From: Coprococcus sp.
GTDB lineage: Bacteria > Bacillota > Clostridia > Lachnospirales > Lachnospiraceae
NCBI GenBank assembly: GCA_050872265.1
Contig: JBNMGN010000009.1
Location: forward strand, 26,603 to 90,602
Length of the DNA: 64,000 nt
Reading direction: 5' to 3'
How positions within the stretch are numbered: the first letter of the stretch is position 1; the number at the start of each line of letters is the position of its first letter. Both the position numbers and the translations under genes were made by a program. This document shows, piece after piece, positions 52,202-61,940 of this stretch. Below the pieces are notes generated by a model. That model saw nothing but the letters and a program-made list of their open reading frames with translations, had not been told where the DNA came from and ran no database searches.

Positions 52202-54346
52202 TTAAATTCCCTTCATGGTAAGCTGGATACGTTTTTTGTTAAGGTCAACACTCATAACCTTAACTGTTACGATATCGCCTACATTTACCACTTCCATAGG
52301 GTGCTTGATGTACTTGTCGGACATCTGGGAGATGTGTACAAGGCCGTCTTGGTGAACGCCTATATCTACAAATGCTCCGAAGTCGATCACATTTCTGACG
52401 GTTCCCTTCAGTATCATTCCCTCGGTGAGATCCTTCATTTCAAGAACGTCACCACGTAGGATAGGCTTAGGCATTTCATCTCGTGGGTCTCTTGCAGGCT
52501 TCTCAAGCTCGTTGATAATATCTGTAAGGGTGATGGCACCTGTGCCGAGCTTTTCTGCCAGCTTCTTAACATCCGCTATGGACTTTCTGATGTTCTTTAT
52601 GCTTCCTGACTTAAGCTCCTCAAGGCTGTGGCCTGTCTCCTTGATAAGGGCAGTGGCAATGTCGTAGCTCTCCGGATGGACTGAGGTGGAATCCAGAGGA
52701 TTTTTGCCGTAATTTATACGCATGAAGCCGGCACACTGCAAGAACGCCTTAGGCCCAAGCTTAGGAACCTTTAAGAGCTCCTTTCTTGAGGTGAAGCGTC
52801 CGTTTGCCTCACGGTATTCAACGATATTCTTAGCCAGGGTTTTATTTATACCTGATATATGCTCCATAAGTGGGGCTGAGGCAGTGTTAAGATCCACACC
52901 TACTTTATTTACACAGTCCTCAACAACAGCGTCCAGGGCATTTGTAAGCTTCTTCTGGTTCATGTCGTGCTGGTACTGGCCTACACCTATGGCTTTAGGA
53001 TCGATCTTTACAAGCTCTGCCAGTGGATCCTCAAGACGTCTTGCGATGGAGGCGGCACTTCGCTGTCCCACATCAAAATTAGGAAATTCCTCTGTGGCAA
53101 GCTTGCTGGCAGAATAAACAGATGCACCTGCCTCGTTTACTATTATATACTGGACAGGAGTGTCAAGCTCTTTGATAAGATCTGCAATAATAAGCTCAGA
53201 CTCTCTTGAAGCTGTACCATTTCCCACAGATATAAGTGATATGTTGTATTTCCTGATAAGCTGCTTAAGTATCCTCTTGGATTCTTCCACCTTATTCTGC
53301 GGTGCGGTAGGGAAGATGACCTTGGTGTCAAGAACTTTTCCTGTGGCGTCCACAACGGCAAGCTTACATCCGGTTCTGAATGCAGGATCCCAGCCAAGGA
53401 CTGTGTGACCGCTGATAGGTGGCTGCATAAGAAGCTGCTTGAGGTTTGTACCGAATACCTTGATGGCACCATCCTCGGCTTCTTCTGTAAGCTGATTTCT
53501 GATCTCCCTTTCAATGGCAGGGGCGATAAGTCTGTCATAGCTGTCGGCGATGGCAGATCTTAATATTTCTGTTGTATATTTATTGTCTCTTACGATGGTC
53601 TGTTTCTCCAGATATCCGATGATTTCATCTACAGGTGCCTCAAGTTTCACGGTAAGGAATTTTTCCTTTTCACCACGGTTTATTGCAAGAGTTCTGTGTC
53701 CGGTCATCTTTGAAACAGGAGAGGAGAAGTCGTAGTACATTTCGTATACGGATTCTGCCTCGGGATCCTTCGCGGTTGAGATGAGATTTCCCCTTGCAAA
53801 TGTCCTTTCTCTTATGGACTTTCTGTAGTCTGCGTTGTCAGATATGTTCTCTGCGATTATATCCATGGCACCGGCTATGGCGTCCTCTGTTGTGAGAACC
53901 TCCTTTTCTGGATTTATGTATTTGCCGGCTTCCTCCTCAAGAGGATGGTCAAGGAACTGGAGCATGATGATATCCGCAAGTCCCTGGAGTCCCTTCTCCT
54001 TTGCCACTGTAGCTCTGGTCTTTCTCTTCGGACGATACGGTCTGTACAGATCGTCCAGTGCCACCATGGTCATTGCCTCGTCAATGGCTTTCTTAAGTTC
54101 CGGAGTCATTTTCTCCTGCTCGGTGATGGAAGCGATAACCGTTTCCTTCTTCTCCGCAAGATTTCTCAGATATGTAAGACGCTCGTCAAGGTTACGGAGC
54201 TGCTCGTCATTTAATGCTCCTGTTGCTTCTTTTCTGTAACGGGCGATGAAAGGGATGGTATTTCCTTCATCAATAAGCTTGATGGCGGCGTCTACCTGCT
54301 CCTTCCTGCATTTTAATTCTTCTGTGATTATTAAAGCTATATCCAT
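52202..54346 (-). CDS. tex: Tex-like transcription accessory protein (YqgF/HhH/S1 domains)
   Basis: 714 aa. N-terminal [34 protein letters not shown]; C-terminal S1 domain [31 protein letters not shown]. Confidence 0.95.
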   Translation of the reverse strand: [714 protein letters not shown]

Positions 54347-54587
54347 TATCGTACCTCTTTAGAAAATATAAAGATAAGCCCGAAAGCTTATGGGCTCATT
54401 GGCATTTGCAGATATATATACATAATATCTGAAGCCTGTATCAGTATACAGAATTAACACAATCTTTTCAAGAGAAGTCCTTGATATGAGACCGGATATG
54501 ATATAAACTAGAGGCATGTATTACATAAGGATTACATTATATTTGCGTGAAACTTACATGAAGGTTACATGAAAGGAACAGACAGGG

Positions 54588-55157
54588 ATGGGCGTATCAG
54601 ACAGAATAAAGACCGCCATGGACATGGCAGAGAGATTTCATGAGGGACAGTACCGCACCGGAGCTACAGGTAAGGTTTCTTATTATCAGGAGCACATCCT
54701 TGGGGTGTATGGTATCCTGAAGGATGAATTTGATGTGCAGGATGAAGATATTCTTATTATGGCACTGCTTCATGATACTGTTGAGGATACACAGTGTACA
54801 TATGATGACATTGAGAAGGCATTTGGCACGGATATCATGAACCAGGTAAAACTTCTCACCAGAATAGATGGAGAACCCTTTTCAATCTATGCCAGAAGAT
54901 TATTTGCAAATGGCGACTACAGGACATTCCTTGTGAAGCTTGCGGACAGGCTTCACAACCTGAGGACTATTGTATATATGCCGGACAGAAGATGGATAAT
55001 GAAGAAGGTCAGACAGACCTATACAGATATACTTACGCCGATCCATGAGAAGATAAAGGAAGAGAAATCTCCGTACAGGGATACCATGAAGAGGCTGGCA
55101 GACAGCATTGAGGACCAGGCAGAGTATGTGACCAGATATCTTGAGACCCACCAGTAA
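54588..55157 (+). CDS. HD-domain (p)ppGpp hydrolase-like protein (small alarmone hydrolase type)
   Basis: 189 aa, single RelA/SpoT-type HD domain: HILGV, ALLHDTVEDT, VKLADRLHNLRT. No synthetase domain. Confidence 0.8.
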   Translation: MGVSDRIKTAMDMAERFHEGQYRTGATGKVSYYQEHILGVYGILKDEFDVQDEDILIMALLHDTVEDTQCTYDDIEKAFGTDIMNQVKLLTRIDGEPFSIYARRLFANGDYRTFLVKLADRLHNLRTIVYMPDRRWIMKKVRQTYTDILTPIHEKIKEEKSPYRDTMKRLADSIEDQAEYVTRYLETHQ

Positions 55158-55200
55158 AAACAGATATTTTGAGATAAAACGGATGTCGGAGATACATCAT

Positions 55201-55231
55201 AAAAAGGAGAGACTTAATGTCTCTCCTTTTT
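55201..55231. terminator. Bidirectional rho-independent terminator
   Basis: Perfect stem aaaaaggagagac / gtctctccttttt with a 5-nt loop. Serves the HD gene (+) and the small ORF (-). Confidence 0.85.
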
Positions 55232-55275
55232 GCTGATTTTGTCCCTTGTCTTCACATAGATAAATCATTCGGATA

Positions 55276-55425
55276 TTACCATACAATATGTCTCTTATTC
55301 TTAAGAAGCTTTCCACCGCTTGCTATAACAAGAACTCCTGATACGATACCTGTAACAAGGATCACGACACCTACGGCGATATTAAGAGCACCGCATTTCT
55401 TCATTGTATTATATGCCTTCTCCAT
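55276..55425 (-). CDS. Unannotated 49-aa small hydrophobic protein
   Basis: On the minus strand: AAAGGAG, 7 nt, ATG. Translation MEKAYNTMKKCGALNIAVGVVILVTGIVSGVLVIASGGKLLKNKRHIVW*. One TM helix with a basic C-tail, and a terminator downstream. It is below the 60-aa cutoff of the ORF track. Confidence 0.55.
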   Translation of the reverse strand: MEKAYNTMKKCGALNIAVGVVILVTGIVSGVLVIASGGKLLKNKRHIVW

Positions 55426-55617
55426 ATTATTTCTCCTTTAAATGTTAAAATCATATCCTCTTCAAATCCCGATACACCATGTCAAGATTATAACATGTGG
55501 CAAACCTGCTTTCAATAGTACTTATTAATTATATTGACTGTATACAATCCGGTAGATATATAGTAAAATCAGTATAAGACACAAACGAAAACCGTGCCGG
55601 TAATAAGGGGGAGCAGT

Positions 55618-57786
55618 ATGAGTATATTAAAGAAAGCAAAGATAACAGGTATGACATTTCTTCTGGTGTGTGCCTGTGGGATAACATTTTATCCGGCGGT
55701 GGCAAAGGAAGCCGCCACACCTACAGACGCAGGCTCAGATACAGTCATCATAGAGCAGCCTGATGGACAGGACATAGATACAGAGCAGGCAGAACCTGCA
55801 GTCTCCGGAATATATGCGGAGTCATACATAATCATCAATGAGAAGAATTTCCCTGACGCCAATTTCAGGGCGGCATTATCAAAGATGTATGATACAGACG
55901 GTGATGGTAAATTAGATGCGGACAGGACATACCTTTCAGTGAACGGAAAGGGAATCAAGTCCCTTAAGGGTGTAGAGCTTTTTAAAAACCTTACCCATCT
56001 TGAGTGCTCGGAAAATGAGCTTACCGAGCTTGACCTGAGTAAGAATACAGCACTTATAAGTGTAAGCTGTTATGAAAATAAAATAACCAGTCTGGATTTC
56101 AGCAATAACCCGGAAATCCAGGGGATAGAGTGCTATAAGAACAGCCTTACATCATTAAATGTTACGGCTAATTCGAAACTCACAACCCTTAATTGCAGCG
56201 GCAATAAAGAGCTTGAGGAGATCAACATAAAGACAAATCCGGAGCTTACTACCATAAATTGTTCAAACTGCGGGCTTAAGACCTTTAACCCTACCAATAA
56301 CAATAAGCTTAAGGTGATCGACTGTAGCGGTAACAGCCTCACAAGACTGACCACCACCCATTGCCAGAAGCTGGAACGCCTGACATGCTCCAACAACAAG
56401 ATACCTGCGTTAAATCTCAGTAAAAATCCAAAACTTGTGCATTTATGGTGCGTGGCAAATAGTCTGACAGAGCTTGATATAAGCAATAATCCGGAACTTG
56501 TCCAGCTGGATTGCAGTTATAATAAGATCGCAGCCTTTAGTACAGGAAAAAACACGACCCTTACTTATCTTAACTGTAGTGGCAACAATATGACCTCCCT
56601 TGATGTGACGGGAAGTACAGAGCTTCAGACACTGTACTGCTACAAGAATTATCTTGAGAGCCTTAACCTTAAGAAAAATACCAAGCTTACCAAGCTTAAC
56701 TGCTCGTATAACGGACTTTTAAATGAAAGCTTCTCATACCTTGGCAGCGGTGTCACCATAAAGAATGAAAATCAGGGAATAGTCATAAACGAGAAGAAAT
56801 TCCCGGATGAAAGGTTCAGAAAGTACTTAAATGCACTGGACGATAATAAAGACGGTTTGTTAGATCCTGCGGCTGCTTCCACCATGGTCCTTTCGGCATA
56901 TGGGGTGTCTGACCTTACAGGAATTGAGTATCTGACTGAGCTTACAGAACTTCTCTGCCGTGATAATCCAGGCATCAAGAAGGTTGATCTAAGCAAGAAT
57001 AAGAAGCTTAAATATGTGGATATGCGAAACTGCGGACTTACAGAGCTGGATCTTACCAATAATAAAGATTGTTATTATGTAAGCTGCAGAAACAATAAGC
57101 TCACATCCATCAAGCTTGCCGACAATTCGGCTCTGGAGACCCTTTATTGTGAGCAGAACAAACTTACAGCCCTTGATCTGAGAAAACAGCCTGAGCTTAC
57201 AAGACTTGACTGCTCCCATAACCTTTTATGGGATGAGGATTTCTCATATCTTGATGATCTCGATATGGAAGAAAAGGTGCTTACACCACAGGATATACCT
57301 TACATGGCAGGCGAGACATTATTTAAGATAGACGGAGTGTGGTATTACGTTAAGGAGGGTGAGCTTGACAGTACTGTCACAAAGCTCCTTAAGTATAACG
57401 GCTCATGGTATTATGTGAAGAATGGTGTGGTTGATCTCACCCTTACCACTCTCGTCAAGCCGGGTGGAACCTGGTATTACATAAAGAACGGTAAGATAGA
57501 TTTCAATGCACGTACCCTGTGCAAATATGGAAATACCTGGTACTTCGTTGAGAAAGGAATATACAACAGCCGTGCAACCGGCGAGACCATATGCAAATAT
57601 GGCGGAAGCTGGTATTACGTGAAGAACGGCAGGGCAGACCTTAAGGCAACAACCCTCTGCAAATACGTGAACAAATGGTATTACATAAGAAACGGCAAGG
57701 TTGATTTCAGCTTTACAGGAAATGCAAAATATGGAAATTCTACCTGGTATGTGAAGAACGGAGTAATGCAGTACAAGGTAAAGTAA
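55618..57786 (+). CDS. Secreted leucine-rich-repeat protein (two LRR arrays) with C-terminal WYY-type cell-wall-binding repeats
   Basis: RBS aagggggag then ATG 55618. Signal peptide MSILKKAKITGMTFLLVCACGITFYPAVA. About 22-aa LRRs (L..L.C..N.LT.LD.S.N..L). Each array is preceded by a cap: FPD..FR...D.DGDGKLD or DDNKDGLLD. Confidence 0.85.
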   Translation: MSILKKAKITGMTFLLVCACGITFYPAVAKEAATPTDAGSDTVIIEQPDGQDIDTEQAEPAVSGIYAESYIIINEKNFPDANFRAALSKMYDTDGDGKLDADRTYLSVNGKGIKSLKGVELFKNLTHLECSENELTELDLSKNTALISVSCYENKITSLDFSNNPEIQGIECYKNSLTSLNVTANSKLTTLNCSGNKELEEINIKTNPELTTINCSNCGLKTFNPTNNNKLKVIDCSGNSLTRLTTTHCQKLERLTCSNNKIPALNLSKNPKLVHLWCVANSLTELDISNNPELVQLDCSYNKIAAFSTGKNTTLTYLNCSGNNMTSLDVTGSTELQTLYCYKNYLESLNLKKNTKLTKLNCSYNGLLNESFSYLGSGVTIKNENQGIVINEKKFPDERFRKYLNALDDNKDGLLDPAAASTMVLSAYGVSDLTGIEYLTELTELLCRDNPGIKKVDLSKNKKLKYVDMRNCGLTELDLTNNKDCYYVSCRNNKLTSIKLADNSALETLYCEQNKLTALDLRKQPELTRLDCSHNLLWDEDFSYLDDLDMEEKVLTPQDIPYMAGETLFKIDGVWYYVKEGELDSTVTKLLKYNGSWYYVKNGVVDLTLTTLVKPGGTWYYIKNGKIDFNARTLCKYGNTWYFVEKGIYNSRATGETICKYGGSWYYVKNGRADLKATTLCKYVNKWYYIRNGKVDFSFTGNAKYGNSTWYVKNGVMQYKVK
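57325..57783 (+). repeat. Seven diverged WYY-type wall-binding repeats (coding)
   Basis: GVWYYVKEG, GSWYYVKNG, GTWYYIKNG, NTWYFVEKG, GSWYYVKNG, NKWYYIRNG, STWYVKNG at roughly 21-aa spacing. Confidence 0.8.
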
Positions 57787-57834
57787 TAATTTGAAGTGTA
57801 ATGTCGTATATTGAGACAGGACATACAACCATAC

Positions 57835-57871
57835 AGGCGGTGATAATGAATATAAATTATCATCGCCTTTT
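57835..57871 (+). terminator. Rho-independent terminator
   Basis: 13-bp stem aggcggtgataat / attatcatcgcct (one G-U pair), 8-nt loop, tttt. Confidence 0.75.
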
Positions 57872-58007
57872 CATATTTTGTTTACAGGGGCTTATGAACC
57901 TTTACTTTTTGACAGGATGTGATAAAATTACTTGGTGACATAGGCAGGGGTATTCTGACATATCCCGAAACCGGTGGAAATCTCATATGATATAAGGATG
58001 GATCATT

Positions 58008-58682
58008 ATGCCTGCAATTTCAAATGACTGGGCGCCGGAGCTGGCACCTGAATACAGAAAAGAATATTATAGAAAGCTTTACAAATTTGTATGTGAGGAG
58101 TACTCCACCAAAGAGATATTCCCTCCGGCAGATGATATCTTCAACGCATTTCATCTGACCCCACTGGCAAATGTAAAATGTGTCATAATCGGACAGGATC
58201 CCTATCACAATAACGGACAGGCTCATGGTTTAAGCTTCTCGGTAAAGCCGGGAGTTGACATACCTCCGTCTCTTGTGAATATATATAAGGAGCTTCATGA
58301 TGACGTGGGAACATTTATCCCTAATAACGGATATCTTGAGTCATGGGCGAAGCAGGGAGTGCTTATGCTTAATGCTGTGCTCACCGTAAGAGCCCATCAG
58401 GCAAATTCCCATCAGGGCATGGGCTGGGAGCAGTTCACTGACGCAGCCATAAGGATACTTAACAAGCAGGATCGACCTATAGTCTTTATCCTGTGGGGCT
58501 CATATGCCCAGAAGAAGGCAGCGTTTTTGGACAATCCGAACCACCTTATCATAAAATCTGCCCATCCAAGTCCGCTGTCAGCCTACAGAGGATTTTTTGG
58601 GAGCAAGCCCTTCAGCAGGACAAATGATTTCCTGACTGCCCATGGGGTAGAGCCTATAGACTGGCAGATACAGAATATCTAA
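58008..58682 (+). CDS. ung: Uracil-DNA glycosylase (family 1)
   Basis: GQDPYH water-activating motif, GVLMLN, HPSPLS motif. Confidence 0.95.
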   Translation: MPAISNDWAPELAPEYRKEYYRKLYKFVCEEYSTKEIFPPADDIFNAFHLTPLANVKCVIIGQDPYHNNGQAHGLSFSVKPGVDIPPSLVNIYKELHDDVGTFIPNNGYLESWAKQGVLMLNAVLTVRAHQANSHQGMGWEQFTDAAIRILNKQDRPIVFILWGSYAQKKAAFLDNPNHLIIKSAHPSPLSAYRGFFGSKPFSRTNDFLTAHGVEPIDWQIQNI

Positions 58683-58705
58683 GATATTCAAAAAGGAAAA
58701 CAAAG

Positions 58706-59320
58706 ATGGAGATTTATATAGTACGACATGGTGAGACTTTCTGGAATGAGAAGAAACTCCTCCAGGGAAGCACCGATATAGAATTAAATGAAAATGGGAA
58801 AAAACTGGCAGTGCTTACAGGGGAAGCCCTGAAGGATATCAGGATAGACAGGATATATGCAAGCCCATTAAAGAGAGCCTATGAGACTGCCTGCCTTATA
58901 AGGGGAGACAGGGATATTCCTATAATCAAAAATGACCTTATAAGAGAGATGAATTTTGGAGATTACGAGGGACAGAGTGCGTCGGAGCTTCTAAAGGACG
59001 AAAGCCAGTCCTTCAAATATTTCTTCAAGAGACCGGAGCTATATACTCCCACAACCAATGGAGAGACTCTGGAACACCTGTGTGCGAGAGCCGGAAGATT
59101 CATGGAGGAGGTTATAGAACCGCTGGCAGATGATCCGGGTATGGAGAGGGTCATGATAGTTGCCCATGGCGCCATTAACAAGGCTATGATGATGCATGTG
59201 AAGAAGCATGGTATGGAAGCCTTCTGGTCAGGGGGACTCCAGAAGAACTGCAATGTCATAATACTGGAATATAACAATGGCAGCTACAATATTATAGAAG
59301 AGACAAAGACATTTTATTAA
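58706..59320 (+). CDS. Histidine phosphatase family protein (phosphoglycerate mutase-like)
   Basis: IVRHGETFWN (RHG motif); later AHG. Confidence 0.8.
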   Translation: MEIYIVRHGETFWNEKKLLQGSTDIELNENGKKLAVLTGEALKDIRIDRIYASPLKRAYETACLIRGDRDIPIIKNDLIREMNFGDYEGQSASELLKDESQSFKYFFKRPELYTPTTNGETLEHLCARAGRFMEEVIEPLADDPGMERVMIVAHGAINKAMMMHVKKHGMEAFWSGGLQKNCNVIILEYNNGSYNIIEETKTFY

Positions 59321-59418
59321 GATCCGCAGTAAGTAATGGCATATCTGATAGGATGTCATGAAACTGTATTTTGATAAATGGTTTACATAATACAATTAAC
59401 AGGAAAGGAAAAATTATA

Positions 59419-61077
59419 ATGAAGAATTACGAACATTATAAGAGAGGCTACTACATGCCTCCAGAGAAATCAACAGACTGGGTGAACAAAGAATACATCG
59501 ACAAGGCTCCTACATGGTGCAGTGTTGATTTGAGAGATGGTAATCAGGCGCTTATCGTTCCAATGAACCTTGAGGATAAGCTTGAATTTTTCAAGGCACT
59601 TGTTGACATTGGATTTAAGGAGATTGAGATCGGTTTCCCTGCTGCGTCAGAGACAGAGTATGAGTTCTGCCGTACCCTTATAGAGAATGACCTCATTCCT
59701 GATGATGTAACTATCCAGGTACTTACCCAGGCAAGACCACATATCATAGAGAAGACCTTCAAGGCAATAGATGGCGCAAAGCATGCTATTGTACATCTGT
59801 ACAATTCCACATCATTTGCCCAGAGACAGCAGGTATTTAAGAAGTCAAAGGAAGAGATATTAAAGATCGCCGTTGATGGTGCCAAGCTCTTAAATAAGAT
59901 GGCAGCAGACTACGGGGTAAATTATCCGTTTGAGTATTCACCTGAGAGCTTCACAGGTACAGAGATAGACTATGCCCTTGAGGTATGTAACGCAGTTATC
60001 GAGGAGTGGAAGCCAACGCCTGACAGAAAGGTTATCATCAATCTTCCTGCAACAGTTGAGATGTCACTCCCACATGTATATGCAAGCCAGATCGAGTACA
60101 TGAGCAAGCACCTTAAGTACAGGGAAAATGTAGTTCTTTCCCTTCATCCACACAACGACAGAGGCTGTGGTGTTGCTGACGCAGAGCTTGGTATCCTTGC
60201 GGGTGCGGACAGAATAGAGGGAACATTATTTGGAAATGGTGAGAGAACAGGTAACGTGGATGTTATCACCCTTTGCATGAACATGTTCACCCACGGGGTA
60301 GATCCGGAGCTTGACTTAAGTGATATTCCGAAGCTTACAGAGCTTTACGAGAGAGTGACAAATATGCATGTTTACGAGCGTTCTCCATATACAGGAAAGC
60401 TTGTATTTGCAGCATTCTCAGGCTCACATCAGGACGCTATCGCCAAGGGTATGAAGTTCAGGGAAGAGCAGGGAGACGGCATGTGGACAGTGCCATACCT
60501 TCCTCTTAATCCGGAAGATATCGGAAGAAAGTATGATGGTGATGTAATAAGAATAAACAGCCAGTCAGGAAAGGGCGGAATAGGCTACATCCTTCAGACA
60601 AAGTACGGCTTCGACCTTCCTGCCAAGTTCAGGGAAGATCTTGGATATACAGTTAAGGATGTATCAGATAAGGCTCATAAGGAGCTTTCACCTAGAGAAG
60701 TCCTTGAGATATTCCAGAGCACATACGTTAATATTGAGGCTCCTATCAAGCTCCTTGAGAACCACTTTATTCAGAGGGATGGTATATCCACAGAGATAAG
60801 CATTGAGAGAGAAGGCGTTAAGAAGGTGTACCACGGACATGGTAACGGACGTCTTGACGCTGTAAGTAACGCTATCAAGAAGCATTTCGAGATAGACTTC
60901 AAGGTTGTATGCTATGAGGAACATTCTCTCCAGATGGGCTCTAACTCCCAGGCTGTTGCCTATGTTGGAATAGAGACTGAGGATGGCACAGTATTTGGTG
61001 CAGGTATAAAGGATGATATCATCGACGCTTCAGTACAGGCTCTTATAAGTGCTGTCAACAGAAGCGGAAAGATATAA
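59419..61077 (+). CDS. leuA: 2-isopropylmalate synthase (long, LeuA type 2 form)
   Basis: WCSVDLRDGNQA, HPHNDRG and GNGERTGN motifs plus a C-terminal LeuA dimerisation/regulatory domain. ATG 59419 follows aggaaaggaaaa; the track start 59371 is TTG. Confidence 0.9.
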   Translation: MKNYEHYKRGYYMPPEKSTDWVNKEYIDKAPTWCSVDLRDGNQALIVPMNLEDKLEFFKALVDIGFKEIEIGFPAASETEYEFCRTLIENDLIPDDVTIQVLTQARPHIIEKTFKAIDGAKHAIVHLYNSTSFAQRQQVFKKSKEEILKIAVDGAKLLNKMAADYGVNYPFEYSPESFTGTEIDYALEVCNAVIEEWKPTPDRKVIINLPATVEMSLPHVYASQIEYMSKHLKYRENVVLSLHPHNDRGCGVADAELGILAGADRIEGTLFGNGERTGNVDVITLCMNMFTHGVDPELDLSDIPKLTELYERVTNMHVYERSPYTGKLVFAAFSGSHQDAIAKGMKFREEQGDGMWTVPYLPLNPEDIGRKYDGDVIRINSQSGKGGIGYILQTKYGFDLPAKFREDLGYTVKDVSDKAHKELSPREVLEIFQSTYVNIEAPIKLLENHFIQRDGISTEISIEREGVKKVYHGHGNGRLDAVSNAIKKHFEIDFKVVCYEEHSLQMGSNSQAVAYVGIETEDGTVFGAGIKDDIIDASVQALISAVNRSGKI

Positions 61078-61101
61078 TAAGTTGTATATAATTAAAAGAA
61101 T

Positions 61102-61140
61102 AAAAAAAGGCTGCGGCACTTGTATGTGTCGCAGCCTTTT
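61102..61140 (+). terminator. Rho-independent terminator after leuA
   Basis: aaaaaaaggctgcg ... cgcagcctttt, followed by an extended T-rich tract. Confidence 0.8.
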
Positions 61141-61220
61141 GGATTTTTTGTTTTTAAATTTTTGTTTTTGGATTTTTTGAAAGCTTTTTGGCTTTTGCTT
61201 TTTGAACTTTTATGCACTTC

Positions 61221-61643
61221 TTAGTTGGCAGCCGGGGTGGTGTTCTTTAATTTCTTGTAGCAGTAGCTTATGATATCCTTTCTTGTGACGATACCTATGA
61301 AGCGTTCGTGGTCATCCACCACAGGGACAAATGTCTGAGCCATGGCTCTGGCTATAAGATCCTCCATATCGGAGTTGATAGATACGGAAGCATATTCGAA
61401 CTTCTTTGGTATCTCATCCAGATGTATGGTCTCTGCCTCGTTGATCTTACCTATGCCTGCCTTCTTAAGGTACCAGAGTATATCACCCTCGGTGATGGTA
61501 CCTACATATTCCCCGCTTTCTGAGAGGATAGGTATGGCTGAATACCTGTGGACCTCCATCTTCTCCAATATCTGTCTTAAGGAATATGTATCCTCAATGT
61601 AAGCTACCTCACTCTTAGGTGTAAGAAAAAATAATATATTCAT
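61221..61643 (-). CDS. CBS-domain pair protein
   Basis: 140 aa. Two CBS-like units (ILSESGEYVGTITEGDIL; VVDDHERFIGIVTRKDII). Confidence 0.8.
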   Translation of the reverse strand: MNILFFLTPKSEVAYIEDTYSLRQILEKMEVHRYSAIPILSESGEYVGTITEGDILWYLKKAGIGKINEAETIHLDEIPKKFEYASVSINSDMEDLIARAMAQTFVPVVDDHERFIGIVTRKDIISYCYKKLKNTTPAAN

Positions 61644-61940
61644 GTTTATAATACCTCCTGGTCTTCTCGGTTGTGTTTTGTTGTTTTAATATCTGATCAT
61701 CAATATCTCATAATCCCATCTGCTCATTATTATAAATGAAAAGACATTTTACTTCAATTCAAATGCCCCTCTATAATTATTATCTTTTTATTAAGCTTTG
61801 TGTCAAGCTTTATCATCAATTAATAAAGTTGTTGAGTAATGTTAAAAAATTTGATATGATTATGTAAAAGTGTAGAAGTATGTCTAAAAATCTATTTGCC
61901 GCAAAAAGCAGATAAATAAAATGGAGGAAACAGATTCGCT

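Noticed and set aside
54588-55157. The HD-domain alarmone hydrolase plus the adjacent small ORF as a toxin-antitoxin-like pair (toxSAS-type logic).
   Set aside because: No small alarmone synthetase gene is present. The two genes are convergent and separated by a terminator, so there is no operon relationship.
59321-59418. T-box or leader-peptide attenuator upstream of leuA, and similarly an S-box/T-box upstream of the metY-like gene at 17595-17659.
   Set aside because: The intergenic regions are only about 98 and 65 nt. That is too short for a T-box or SAM riboswitch, and no specifier or terminator structures are visible.
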